Shown in pieces: positions 39,008 through 48,604 of a DNA stretch of 64,000 nucleotides (positions are counted from its first letter, which is position 1; every line of letters begins with the position of its first letter). Under the pieces are notes generated by a model. It worked only from the letters and a program-made list of their open reading frames with translations. It was not told the origin of the DNA and ran no database searches. This stretch comes from Mucilaginibacter sp. GTDB lineage: Bacteria > Bacteroidota > Bacteroidia > Sphingobacteriales > Sphingobacteriaceae. Location of the stretch: contig CBDDBL010000001.1 in NCBI GenBank assembly GCA_965225845.1, forward strand, positions 86,889 to 150,888. The letters run 5' to 3'. Position numbers and translations under genes: made by a program.

Positions 39008-40528
39008 ATGGCCATTTTTAACTCTGTTTTTACCTGGTTCATGAAAAAGCGCATCCACCAGATAGAGCTTTTTATGAAATACCCGAATGAAGTACAGGAA
39101 GAATGGTTTGAGCAACTCATATCCGGCGCGGAGCAAACCGAATGGGGCAAGCTGTATCAATACAAAAGCATCAGTACGCTTACGCAATTTAAGCAACGCG
39201 TACCCATACAGAATTATGATACCCTGAAGCCTTACATCGAGCGCATGCTTAAAGGTGAGCAGAACGTATTATGGCACTCAGGTATCCGCTGGTTTGCCAA
39301 ATCATCAGGCACCACCAGCGACCGCAGCAAGTTTATCCCCGTTAGCGAGGAATCATTAGAGGAATGCCATTTTAAAGGCGGTAAGGATATGCTTACGCTT
39401 TATTTTAATGAGCGGCCCGATGCCCGTATCTTCACCGGGAAAAGTTTAACGCTTGGTGGAAGCAACCAGGTAAATCAGCTCCATCCAGATGCTTCCTTTG
39501 GCGATCTTTCCGCGGTGATCATGAAAAACCTGCCGCTTTGGGCGGAGTTTTACCGTACCCCACATTTGGATATCGCCCTGATAGAAAATTTCGAGGAGAA
39601 GATCGAAAAAATGGCTTACGCCACCAAAGACGTGAATGTGACCAGCATCAGCGGCGTACCCACCTGGAATATTTTATTGTTCAAGCGTATTTTAGAAATT
39701 ACCGGCAAAAAGAATTTGCTGGAAGTTTGGCCAAATCTCGAATTGTATTTTCACGGCGCGGTTAACTTTACCCCATACCGCGACCAGTTTAAAAGGCTGA
39801 TCCCAAACGATGAAATGTACTACCTGGAAACCTATAATGCCTCTGAAGGCTTCTTCGGCATACAGGATAGCTTTGATTCAGGCGACATGCTGCTGATGCT
39901 CGACTATGGTATCTTCTACGAGTTCTTGCCGTTGGAGGATCTGCATGATGATCAACCTAAAACACTTACACTTGATGAAGTGCATCTGGATAAGAACTAC
40001 GCACTTATTATAAGTACCAATGCCGGCTTGTGGCGATACATGATTGGCGATACAATCCGTTTTACTTCACTCTCACCTTTCCGCATACAGATCACCGGGC
40101 GCACCAAGCACTTTATCAACGCCTTCGGCGAAGAGCTGATCATCGACAATGCGGAGCGTGCCTTAGCCGAAGCATGCAGCCAAACCGGCGCCATCATTCG
40201 CGATTATACCGCTGCGCCGGTTTACTTTAATGGTGACGAATGCGGTGCCCACGAATGGATAATAGAATTTGAACAAAAACCTGCCGAATTTGAGCGTTTT
40301 GTCGACCTGCTGGATGAAACCCTCCGCCGCATTAATTCTGATTATGATGCCAAGCGGTTTAAGGATATGGCGCTGCGCCGCCCTATTGTTCGTAAAGCGC
40401 CGTCAGGAACATTCTTTAACTGGTTGAGGGAAAAAGGCAAACTGGGCGGGCAAAATAAAGTGCCACGCCTTGCCAATAACCGCGAATACATTGATAGTAT
40501 TTTGAAGATGATGGAATTGGTAAGGTAG
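39008..40528 (+). CDS. GH3 auxin-responsive-promoter family protein (acyl-acid amido synthetase-like)
   Basis: AKSSGTT..RSKFIP, ETYNASEG, GLWRYMIGD, GRTKHFINAFGEE, GGQNKVPRL. Confidence 0.93.
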   Translation: MAIFNSVFTWFMKKRIHQIELFMKYPNEVQEEWFEQLISGAEQTEWGKLYQYKSISTLTQFKQRVPIQNYDTLKPYIERMLKGEQNVLWHSGIRWFAKSSGTTSDRSKFIPVSEESLEECHFKGGKDMLTLYFNERPDARIFTGKSLTLGGSNQVNQLHPDASFGDLSAVIMKNLPLWAEFYRTPHLDIALIENFEEKIEKMAYATKDVNVTSISGVPTWNILLFKRILEITGKKNLLEVWPNLELYFHGAVNFTPYRDQFKRLIPNDEMYYLETYNASEGFFGIQDSFDSGDMLLMLDYGIFYEFLPLEDLHDDQPKTLTLDEVHLDKNYALIISTNAGLWRYMIGDTIRFTSLSPFRIQITGRTKHFINAFGEELIIDNAERALAEACSQTGAIIRDYTAAPVYFNGDECGAHEWIIEFEQKPAEFERFVDLLDETLRRINSDYDAKRFKDMALRRPIVRKAPSGTFFNWLREKGKLGGQNKVPRLANNREYIDSILKMMELVR

Positions 40529-40582
40529 ATAAACCCAATTCTACTTCGGCATAGTTATAAAACCTAAATGATATTCAATAAT

Positions 40583-41344
40583 ATGAAAAAGCTGCTGTTA
40601 GTGTTTTTATTTATCCCATGCATAAGTTTTGCCCAAGCCGCAAAAGACACATCAAATGAAAAAACTTACATAATACAAGCTAATAGTGCCTTATTTAATA
40701 AAGATTATAAAAGCAGCATTGCGTATTATACTGATGCTATTCGTGCAGCTCCAACAAAAGCACTTTACTACGCCAACCGGGCAACTGCGGAATGGGATCT
40801 GAAGGATTATGAAGCTGCTGTTAAAGACCTCGACACCGCTATCTCGCTCCCCGATAAGTATGCGTGGATAGATTATAATCAAATTGGCCTTATTAAAATG
40901 GAAGAGAAAGATAATAAAGGAGCCATTAAAGCATTTACCAGGTCGATTAAATTACGGCCAGATGAATCAGTATATAATAACCGGGCCCTGGCAGAATTGG
41001 CAATCGAAGAGTACCAAAGTTCTATTAACGATTTTACTGTAGCTATCAATTATAATAATGCCAGCCGAACACTTAAAAAAGGCCACATGTATAATACGAT
41101 CGTAGGAAACCAGTATGAATTAAGGGGCAAGGCCAAATTATTAAAGGGAGACTATAAAGATGCGGTTATCGACCTAGACTCTGCTATAATTATTAACCCT
41201 CAATTGGCTTTGGCTTACAATATTCGCGGTGAGGCCAAAATTAAAATAGGCGATAAAATAGGCGCTTTTGCCGACTGGCAAACCGCAAGCAATATGAATT
41301 GTGAACCTGCCAAAGAAAATCTTGAAAAATATTGCGGTAAATAA
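40583..41344 (+). CDS. Tetratricopeptide-repeat exported protein
   Basis: Signal peptide from ATG 40583 (alternative start 40568); repeated YYANRA/YNNRA/AYNIRG TPR helices. Confidence 0.9.
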   Translation: MKKLLLVFLFIPCISFAQAAKDTSNEKTYIIQANSALFNKDYKSSIAYYTDAIRAAPTKALYYANRATAEWDLKDYEAAVKDLDTAISLPDKYAWIDYNQIGLIKMEEKDNKGAIKAFTRSIKLRPDESVYNNRALAELAIEEYQSSINDFTVAINYNNASRTLKKGHMYNTIVGNQYELRGKAKLLKGDYKDAVIDLDSAIIINPQLALAYNIRGEAKIKIGDKIGAFADWQTASNMNCEPAKENLEKYCGK

Positions 41345-41438
41345 TGCTAAATTTTACCGCTAATTTGCAGGTTAAGTATTATATCATAATTCGTTTTTAA
41401 CCGATATTTATACTCAATCAATCAGCTCGTCTACCTGC

Positions 41439-43184
41439 ATGAAATTTCTTTTTTCAATTATATTCCTGCTGCTTATGCAGCAAGCTTTTGCTCAACAGCA
41501 AACCGCTAACAGCGCCAGCCTCATCCGTTTAAACCAGCTCGGATTTTATCCTGACGGCCCCAAAATCGCTATCATATTGGCTGATAAAAAAAGTGCTTTT
41601 TACCTGGAATCAACCGACGGAAAGACCGTTTTCACAGGCAAGTTAAGTAAATCTGCTAATCCCAACTTTGCAGGCAAACCAACTTATATTGCGGATTTTG
41701 GGGCATATACCCAATCCGGAAAATATATTTTAAACGTTCCAGGGATTGGAAATTCCTACCCATTTGAGATTAAGCCGGATGCCTATCAAAAAGTTGCTGA
41801 TGCATCCATTAAAGCTTATTACTTTATGCGTGCTTCAACACCATTATTGGAAAAATACGCCGGTAAATGGCACAGGGCCGAGGGTCACCCGGATACGGCT
41901 ATTTTGGTACATGCTTCGGCGGCTACAGCAATAAGGCCAATAAACACTATAATTTCCGCCCCGCGGGGATGGTATGACGCCGGGGATTATAATAAATATG
42001 TGGTTAACAGTGGCATTAGTACCAGCACCTTATTATCGCTTTACGAAGATTTCCCTGTCTACATGAAAACGGTGAAGTTGAATATCCCCGAAAGCGGGAA
42101 TGGAGTGCCTGATATCCTGAATGAAGTTTTATGGAACCTGCGCTGGATGATGTTTATGCAGGACGTTGACGGCGGCGTTTACCACAAACTCACCAATGCC
42201 GCGTTCGATAAGTTTGAAATGCCGGACAGTGCTAAGGCTCCCCGCTATGTAGTACAAAAAGGCACGGCAGCTACACTTGATTTCGCCGCGGTGATGGCAC
42301 AGGCGAGCCGCATTTTCAGGGCGTATCCTAAGGAATTACCGGGTCTGGCTGATTCATGTTTAAGCCAGTCGAAAAGAGCCTGGGAATGGGCGATAAATAA
42401 CCCCAATGTGGCTTACGACCAGGATAAAATGAATAAAATCTTTTCGCCGCCAATAACTACAGGTGCCTATGGCGATAATAGTTTCGGCGATGAATTTATC
42501 TGGGCCGCATCGGAGTTGTTTGTAACCACACAACAGCCGGAATATTTAAAGGCAGTAAACCTGATGCCGGATAATGATATGCCATTACCAGGCTGGAGCA
42601 ATGTGCGGCTTTTAGGTTATTATACGCTGATAAAGCATAGCACCACGTTAGGAAGTAATGCACCTAAAGAATTACCGGAATTGAAACAAAGGCTATTAGC
42701 TTACGCCGATAACCTCATCAGCGGAGCTGATGAAACAGCTTATAAAACGGTAATGGATAAATCGGCGCGTAACTTTAACTGGGGAAGTAACTCGATTGCC
42801 GCTAACGAGAGTGTGGCATTGATACAGGCTTACAAACTTTCTTTAAATAAAAAGTATCTATTATATGCCTTGAGTAACCTCGATTATATTTTAGGCCGAA
42901 ACGGTACTGGTTACTCTTACATCACCGGTTATGGCAGCAAAACGCCTATGCATCCGCATCATCGTCCGTCCAAATCAGATGGCGTTGTTGAGCCGGTACC
43001 CGGACTGTTAGTCGGAGGTCCAAACCCAGGCATGCAGGACCATATACAGGTACCATCCACCGTGCCCGATGAAGCTTATATTGACGATGACCGCGCCTAT
43101 GCCGTAAATGAGATTGCGATAAATTGGAATGCGCCGTTTGCCTATTTAGCTAATGCTATGGAGGCTTTGCAGGGGGGATTATAG
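41439..43184 (+). CDS. Glycoside hydrolase family 9 with N-terminal Ig-like (CelD_N) domain
   Basis: IRLNQLGFYP, GWYDAGDYNKY, HPHHRP, VGGPN, NEIAINWNA catalytic motifs. Confidence 0.95.
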   Translation: MKFLFSIIFLLLMQQAFAQQQTANSASLIRLNQLGFYPDGPKIAIILADKKSAFYLESTDGKTVFTGKLSKSANPNFAGKPTYIADFGAYTQSGKYILNVPGIGNSYPFEIKPDAYQKVADASIKAYYFMRASTPLLEKYAGKWHRAEGHPDTAILVHASAATAIRPINTIISAPRGWYDAGDYNKYVVNSGISTSTLLSLYEDFPVYMKTVKLNIPESGNGVPDILNEVLWNLRWMMFMQDVDGGVYHKLTNAAFDKFEMPDSAKAPRYVVQKGTAATLDFAAVMAQASRIFRAYPKELPGLADSCLSQSKRAWEWAINNPNVAYDQDKMNKIFSPPITTGAYGDNSFGDEFIWAASELFVTTQQPEYLKAVNLMPDNDMPLPGWSNVRLLGYYTLIKHSTTLGSNAPKELPELKQRLLAYADNLISGADETAYKTVMDKSARNFNWGSNSIAANESVALIQAYKLSLNKKYLLYALSNLDYILGRNGTGYSYITGYGSKTPMHPHHRPSKSDGVVEPVPGLLVGGPNPGMQDHIQVPSTVPDEAYIDDDRAYAVNEIAINWNAPFAYLANAMEALQGGL

Positions 43185-43277
43185 TGGGGTAGCCTTATAC
43201 TTCAGTCATAGTCTTTCAAAGTTAGAAATTTCTAATAGTGGGGGGAAAATAACAACTCGATAGTAGATAGGTGTAAT

Positions 43278-43589
43278 TTACATCGCGATATCATGTCCCG
43301 GCCTTGGATCATCGGGCAGGATCTCCATATCAGGCACGCCAATATAATCAGCATACCATTGGATAGCGCCTACAACGTCGAGGGCGTCTTCGGCTACAAT
43401 GTTAATGGTTTCAAAAGCATATAGTTTGTTGTGGGCATAACCATACAACTGGATCTCATTGTCGTTCGCACTAAACTTTTCTTCGCTCAGGCAAAATACC
43501 CTGATCTTTAATGCGGTGTCACGCGAATGTATTACGTCTCGGCACGAGTTTTTAGGATCGGTAGCTAGCAAATATACATTGTGGTCCAT
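43278..43589 (-). CDS. Hypothetical acidic protein
   Basis: 103-aa ORF with ATG start and protein-like composition; no recognised family. Confidence 0.7.
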   Translation of the reverse strand: MDHNVYLLATDPKNSCRDVIHSRDTALKIRVFCLSEEKFSANDNEIQLYGYAHNKLYAFETINIVAEDALDVVGAIQWYADYIGVPDMEILPDDPRPGHDIAM

Positions 43590-43653
43590 AAAACCTCAAC
43601 AATGCTTTTTGCAGATAGTTTCAGTAAATTACATTAAGGTTAATATTTAACAA

Positions 43654-44193
43654 TTATAGGTCTTGGTGTTTAGTAGCTATTAAAGCTTGCAAACCTTCAA
43701 CACTGAGGTTTATTCCATCCGCAATATGGCTTGCCTGTAGATAAAAACTTTCCCGTTCTGCTAATTTTTCGGTGATGAACTGAAGCAGTTCATCACCATG
43801 TTTATCGGCCAGCAAAGGGCGTTTGGCTTTCCCTTTTTCCAACCGGTCAACCAATGTTTTGGGCGATAATTTAATATACACAGTTTTGCCGTTGGCATTC
43901 ATCCATTCCATATGGTCAAAAAAGCAGGGCAATCCGCCACCGGTTGAAATGATGGTATTATGGGCGAATTCGGTTTGCTTCAGGATCTCAGATTCCAGTT
44001 TGCGAAACGCATCCTCACCGAAACTGGAGAAATATTCCGCTATGGTCATGCCCAATTGCTCTTCCAGCAGATGGTCAAGGTCAACAAAAGTATAACCCAA
44101 ATGATTAGCCAGCTTGCGGCTCCAGGTGGTTTTACCGCAACCCATAAAGCCAATAAAGAATATTAAATTAGGTTTATCTGTTTCCTTACTCAT
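43654..44193 (-). CDS. aroK: Shikimate kinase
   Basis: IGFMGCGKTT P-loop, DLD, GEDAFRKLE, STGGG, KRPLL. Confidence 0.96.
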   Translation of the reverse strand: MSKETDKPNLIFFIGFMGCGKTTWSRKLANHLGYTFVDLDHLLEEQLGMTIAEYFSSFGEDAFRKLESEILKQTEFAHNTIISTGGGLPCFFDHMEWMNANGKTVYIKLSPKTLVDRLEKGKAKRPLLADKHGDELLQFITEKLAERESFYLQASHIADGINLSVEGLQALIATKHQDL

Positions 44194-44210
44194 TTTTTAC
44201 TATATAATTA

Positions 44211-44303
44211 TCATTGAGAGGTACGAAGCAACCTCTACTTAAGCAGATCGGACAAACTAGTTTTCTCTCTACAGTATAGAGATTGCTTCGTACCTCGCAA
44301 TGA
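44211..44303. repeat. REP-type long inverted repeat (REPIN-like)
   Basis: 27-bp arms TCATTGAGAGGTACGAAGCAACCTCTA (44211-37) and TAGAGATTGCTTCGTACCTCGCAATGA (44277-303); 2 mismatches; 39-nt spacer. Confidence 0.8.
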
Positions 44304-44307
44304 CGGA

Positions 44308-45366
44308 TTAACCTAACTTCACCCTCGGGTCGATCCAAACATAAGCAACATCTACCAAAATATTGATCACTACGAAAATAAATGCAATAAAAAGTATGGA
44401 TCCCATCACTACCGGAAAATCCGACATTTCCAGCGCATCCACCGTAGTTTTGCCTAAACCGTTGTAGCCAAACACGTATTCCACAAAAAAGGAACCTGCC
44501 ATTAAACCTGCAAACCAGTTGGCCACAGCGGTAACCACCGGGTTAAGCGCGTTTTTCAGTGCATGCCGATAGATAATGGCATTATTGCTCAATCCTTTTG
44601 CTTTGGCGGTACGGATATAATCCTGGCTCAAAACATCCAGCATGGCGCTGCGGGTTAGTTGTACGATGATCGCCAGCGGGCGCAAGCCCAGCGTGATCAT
44701 CGGCAGGATCAGGTTCTTAAGCGTGATCACCTCGCCGCGAAAAGGGTCATAGCTAAACAGACTACCCGACATGTTGAGCCCGGTATATTTACTCAATACA
44801 AACCCAAAGATCCAGGCGATGATTATACCCGCGAAGAATGATGGTGCGGAAATCCCCACGATCGAAAACCCGACTGCAAACCTGTCGACCCAAGTATTTT
44901 GATGTACTGCGCTCATGATGCCCAAAAAGCCACCGATGATAATAGCAAACAGCATAGCCGTTGTAGCCAATACCAGCGTGTTAGGCACAACCTCTATCAA
45001 AAGCGACGTAACGTCCTTACGGGTTTGATACGAGCGCCGCAGGTAAGGCCATTTTAGGGCGATAATATTCGTGGCTGAAACCGGAAATAGCTTTACGTAG
45101 TGATAACGATGTTGTTCCCCGATATTATTGGCATGGATACCAATTGGCGAAAGATCATTCAAATAATAAGCGAATTGTACCGGGACGGGCTTATCTAACC
45201 CAAATTCCTTACGAACATTGGCTAAAGATTGCACATCGGCGCGCTGGCCCTGTGTCATCCGGGCAGGATCAACCGGCAACACGTTGAACAGGAAAAATAC
45301 CACCACCACAATACCCAGCATTACTGCTATTCCATAGCCCAGTTTGCGCAGCAGATAGGCGGTCAT
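44308..45366 (-). CDS. ABC transporter permease, DppB/OppB family
   Basis: EFGLDKP, TRSAMLDVLSQDYIRTAKAKGL EAA motif, HALKNAL, VWIDPRVK. Confidence 0.93.
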   Translation of the reverse strand: MTAYLLRKLGYGIAVMLGIVVVVFFLFNVLPVDPARMTQGQRADVQSLANVRKEFGLDKPVPVQFAYYLNDLSPIGIHANNIGEQHRYHYVKLFPVSATNIIALKWPYLRRSYQTRKDVTSLLIEVVPNTLVLATTAMLFAIIIGGFLGIMSAVHQNTWVDRFAVGFSIVGISAPSFFAGIIIAWIFGFVLSKYTGLNMSGSLFSYDPFRGEVITLKNLILPMITLGLRPLAIIVQLTRSAMLDVLSQDYIRTAKAKGLSNNAIIYRHALKNALNPVVTAVANWFAGLMAGSFFVEYVFGYNGLGKTTVDALEMSDFPVVMGSILFIAFIFVVINILVDVAYVWIDPRVKLG

Positions 45367-45369
45367 TAT

Positions 45370-46542
45370 TTATTGGTTTTGGAAATATTGTTTTACCATT
45401 TCATCATAGGTAGGCACTGTGTGGTAATGCCATTTGTTGATGATAGTGCCGTTTTTCAACAACATTACGCCCGGGTTAGCACGCACCATTGATTTTAGCG
45501 GAACGCCATCTACATAATAAATTTCGCTTACCAATTTGTGCGCTTTGGCAAAAGCTTCGGCATCCGCAGCGGAATTTGAGGTAAGTATGATGGTGCGCAT
45601 GTTATAGTTTTGGATCAGGTTGATGCAAAGCGCATTCAGGCTGCTTAGTGCAGTCAAATTTGATTTATGGAGATCATCGGTTACAATAACTAAACTATAG
45701 AATGGGTTCGATAACAATTCTTTGGTATAATCATTCCGCTGTGCATCCTGGATTGAAAGATCCTGGATCTTTGGCGTAAAACCCTTCTTCACCAAACGCG
45801 ACTCCGGGTTGCCGATAACCTGCCAGTTGGCATCTTTCCAAATATTGCTTTTTATGTACTCCTTATCATTCATGGATTTGGTGGCTCCGGTAGCTTTATT
45901 CTTTAGCTGGTAGATTTCCTCGTACTCATCCACAGGCGCACCCGACGGGATCTTCATTTCATCCGCTATATTAGCGCCTACTTTATATGGCAGGAAATCA
46001 AATACAGGCAAATAGTTGTAGGTATAAAACCCAACACCTAAGAATATAACTGTTGCTATCACCAATAAATAATCGCCTGTTTTGGGTTTGAACAGGGGAT
46101 TTATGCTGTCGCGGTTGCGGAATAGGATGATGATCAGCAACAATAAAATCAGGTCCTTGCTAAACGACTGCCATGGTGTGAGCACTATCGCATCGCCAAA
46201 GCAACCACAAGTAGTTACCACCTTAAATACGGCAGAGTAAAAGGTTAAAAACGCAAAGAAAATAATCAGCAAAAGCAATCCCCAGGCTACCTGTTTAGCG
46301 CGTACACCGATGAGCAGTGCGAAACCTAAGATCATCTCAAATGCGCATAAAATAATCGCCATGCTCAGGGCAAGGTTATTTAAAAAAGTGACATGGAAAA
46401 CTTCAAAATATTCTTCAAGCTTATACGAAAAACCAAGTGGGTCGTTAGCTTTTATCAGCCCTGAAAAAATAAACAGCAGGCCCACTAATATGCGCGATAC
46501 CCATATAATTGACGAACTATTACCTGCCTTAGTTTTTGCCAT
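45370..46542 (-). CDS. BT_3928 family protein (DoxX/MauE-like TM domain plus periplasmic thioredoxin-like domain)
   Basis: FIFSGLIKANDPLGF, TCGCFGDA, VRANPGVMLLKNGTI..KW. Confidence 0.85.
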   Translation of the reverse strand: MAKTKAGNSSSIIWVSRILVGLLFIFSGLIKANDPLGFSYKLEEYFEVFHVTFLNNLALSMAIILCAFEMILGFALLIGVRAKQVAWGLLLLIIFFAFLTFYSAVFKVVTTCGCFGDAIVLTPWQSFSKDLILLLLIIILFRNRDSINPLFKPKTGDYLLVIATVIFLGVGFYTYNYLPVFDFLPYKVGANIADEMKIPSGAPVDEYEEIYQLKNKATGATKSMNDKEYIKSNIWKDANWQVIGNPESRLVKKGFTPKIQDLSIQDAQRNDYTKELLSNPFYSLVIVTDDLHKSNLTALSSLNALCINLIQNYNMRTIILTSNSAADAEAFAKAHKLVSEIYYVDGVPLKSMVRANPGVMLLKNGTIINKWHYHTVPTYDEMVKQYFQNQ

Positions 46543-46546
46543 GATG

Positions 46547-47089
46547 TTACGAAACGGGGGTAAGCTTTATTAACGCAAAAACCGCATAGTTTAGCATATC
46601 CTGGTAGTTAGCCTTAATGCCTTCGGATGCAAGCGTTTGGCCTTTGTTATCCTCGATCTGTTTTACACGTAAAAGCTTCATCAGGATCAAATCGGTTAGG
46701 GAGCTGATGCGCATATCGCGCCAGGCCTCGCCATAATCGTGGTTTTTGGCGAGCATCAGGTCTTTAGTTTCTTTAACATTGGCATCAAACATGTTCCCGG
46801 CCTGATTTGCAGGCAGCTCAAGTGGTGTTTCTGTAGTTGATTCCAGCTGCATCATGGCAATCACGCAATAATTTACAATGCCGATGTATTCGCTGGTGAT
46901 ATCTTCATCAACTTTGGATACCTTTTTTTCTTCGAGGGTACGGATACGCTGCGCCTTGATAAATATCTGGTCGGTTATGGATTCCGGGCGAAGGATGCGC
47001 CAGGCCGTGCCATAATCATGGGTTTTTTTGATGAAAAGCCCTTTACAAATGTTAATTACCGCGTCGTATTCTATTGATGTATTGCTCAA
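46547..47089 (-). CDS. DUF1599 domain protein (two tandem copies of the domain)
   Basis: KKTHDYGTAWR...DQIFIKAQRI and AKNHDYGEAWR...DLILMKLLRV; D..NY motifs. Confidence 0.9.
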   Translation of the reverse strand: MSNTSIEYDAVINICKGLFIKKTHDYGTAWRILRPESITDQIFIKAQRIRTLEEKKVSKVDEDITSEYIGIVNYCVIAMMQLESTTETPLELPANQAGNMFDANVKETKDLMLAKNHDYGEAWRDMRISSLTDLILMKLLRVKQIEDNKGQTLASEGIKANYQDMLNYAVFALIKLTPVS

Positions 47090-47160
47090 AGTATTGTAAT
47101 GTATGTTTTGTTACCGATATCAATTTATAAAGATATAATTACCTTTACAATAAAAAATCT

Positions 47161-48012
47161 GTGGCTAAAGATACGTTTTTTCATAAAAAGGTAACCCTAA
47201 ATGCAGGGGGCAAATTGATAGATTTGAGCAGCCCAAAGGTTATGGGCATTATCAACCTTACGCCCGATTCTTTTTACGCCGGTAGCCGAAAGCAGGATGT
47301 TGAAGCAGTTTTAGCGCAGGCAGGCAAGATGTTAAGCGAAGGAGCCGCATTCTTAGACCTCGGCGCCTACTCATCTCGCCCCGGCGCAAAGGATATATCG
47401 GCACAGGAAGAAACTGACCGCCTGATACCTGCAATTGAAGCAATTACAGCAATTTTTCCGGATGCTGTTTTATCGATAGATACTTTTAGGGCACGGGTTG
47501 CGGAAGCGGCGATTAAAGCAGGGGCGCATATTGTCAATGATATTTCCGGCGGTGAACTGGACCCGGATATGTTTGCGACCGTTGCTAAATTACAGGTGCC
47601 CTATATTTTAATGCACATGAAAGGCACGCCGCAAAACATGGTGCAGCAGGCGGAATATGAAGATGTATTTGCCGAAGTGTTTGATTATTTCAATACCAAA
47701 TATCATCAGCTACTCAAATTGGGCGTAAAAGATGTAATTCTTGATCCCGGTTATGGTTTTGCCAAGAAAGCAATGCACAGCTATGAGTTGATTAAACGAT
47801 TACAGGATTTTAATGTGCTGCAATTGCCACTACTGGTGGGGATATCGCGCAAGCGGATGATCTATAATGAATTGGGCACTACCGCCGAAGATGCTTTAAA
47901 CGGAACAACCGCATTGAATACCATTGCCCTAACCAAAGGTGCCAATATTTTGCGTGTGCATGATGTGAAGGAAGCTTTGGAGGCTGTGAAGATTTGGGAG
48001 ATGAGTAATTAA
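47161..48012 (+). CDS. folP: Dihydropteroate synthase
   Basis: GTG start; MGIINLTPDSF, SSRPG, SIDTF, NDISGG, DPGYGFAK, SRKR, RVHDV. Confidence 0.97.
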   Translation: MAKDTFFHKKVTLNAGGKLIDLSSPKVMGIINLTPDSFYAGSRKQDVEAVLAQAGKMLSEGAAFLDLGAYSSRPGAKDISAQEETDRLIPAIEAITAIFPDAVLSIDTFRARVAEAAIKAGAHIVNDISGGELDPDMFATVAKLQVPYILMHMKGTPQNMVQQAEYEDVFAEVFDYFNTKYHQLLKLGVKDVILDPGYGFAKKAMHSYELIKRLQDFNVLQLPLLVGISRKRMIYNELGTTAEDALNGTTALNTIALTKGANILRVHDVKEALEAVKIWEMSN

Positions 48013-48067
48013 TATTAATCCCCTATTACCTTTTTAAATTTTTCTAAATTATTGACTTTCAAAAGCG

Positions 48068-48075
48068 TACCTTTG
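48068..48075 (+). promoter_or_regulatory. Housekeeping -7 box before the J-KTSC gene
   Basis: TACCTTTG, 79 nt before ATG 48155. Confidence 0.55.
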
Positions 48076-48154
48076 CAAAATTATTTTTGGAAAGGCCTGG
48101 ATCAATAATTGGTATCTGTTCATCAATAAAATTTAATACAAGCGAATAGATATT

Positions 48155-48604
48155 ATGAAAAAAATTGTTGACTACAGGAAACTTTTAGGTGTAACCAAGG
48201 AAGCGGAATTACAGGAACTGAAAACCGTTTACCGCGGAATGATGAAAACCTGGCACCCCGATAAATTCCAGGAAAGCCCTGAAGCTAAGCTGGAAGCCGA
48301 AGAAAAAAGCAAAACCATTATTGAGGCTTACCACTTTTTGGTGAGCATAGCCCCTGAGACCGTTGAATCATCTTCAGAAGAATATAACAACACCACCGCT
48401 AATGCTGGTATTGTTGATTTTGAATATAAATCACAAGTACTGAAGATCTATTTCAGCGATGAGAATGTGTACGAATACTTCGATGTACCAAAAGAAACCT
48501 ACCGCAAACTAATCAACGCCGATTCGCCGGGACGCTTTGCGCGCAGGCACATATTTAACACTTTTGTTTACAGGAGTGTAAATAAATTGGTGGCTAACGG
48601 GTAA
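48155..48604 (+). CDS. J-domain (DnaJ-like) plus KTSC domain protein
   Basis: DYRKLLGV...YRGMMKTWHPDKF (HPD); C-terminal KTSC pattern LKIYF...VYEYFDVP...L..ADSPGRF. Confidence 0.88.
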   Translation: MKKIVDYRKLLGVTKEAELQELKTVYRGMMKTWHPDKFQESPEAKLEAEEKSKTIIEAYHFLVSIAPETVESSSEEYNNTTANAGIVDFEYKSQVLKIYFSDENVYEYFDVPKETYRKLINADSPGRFARRHIFNTFVYRSVNKLVANG

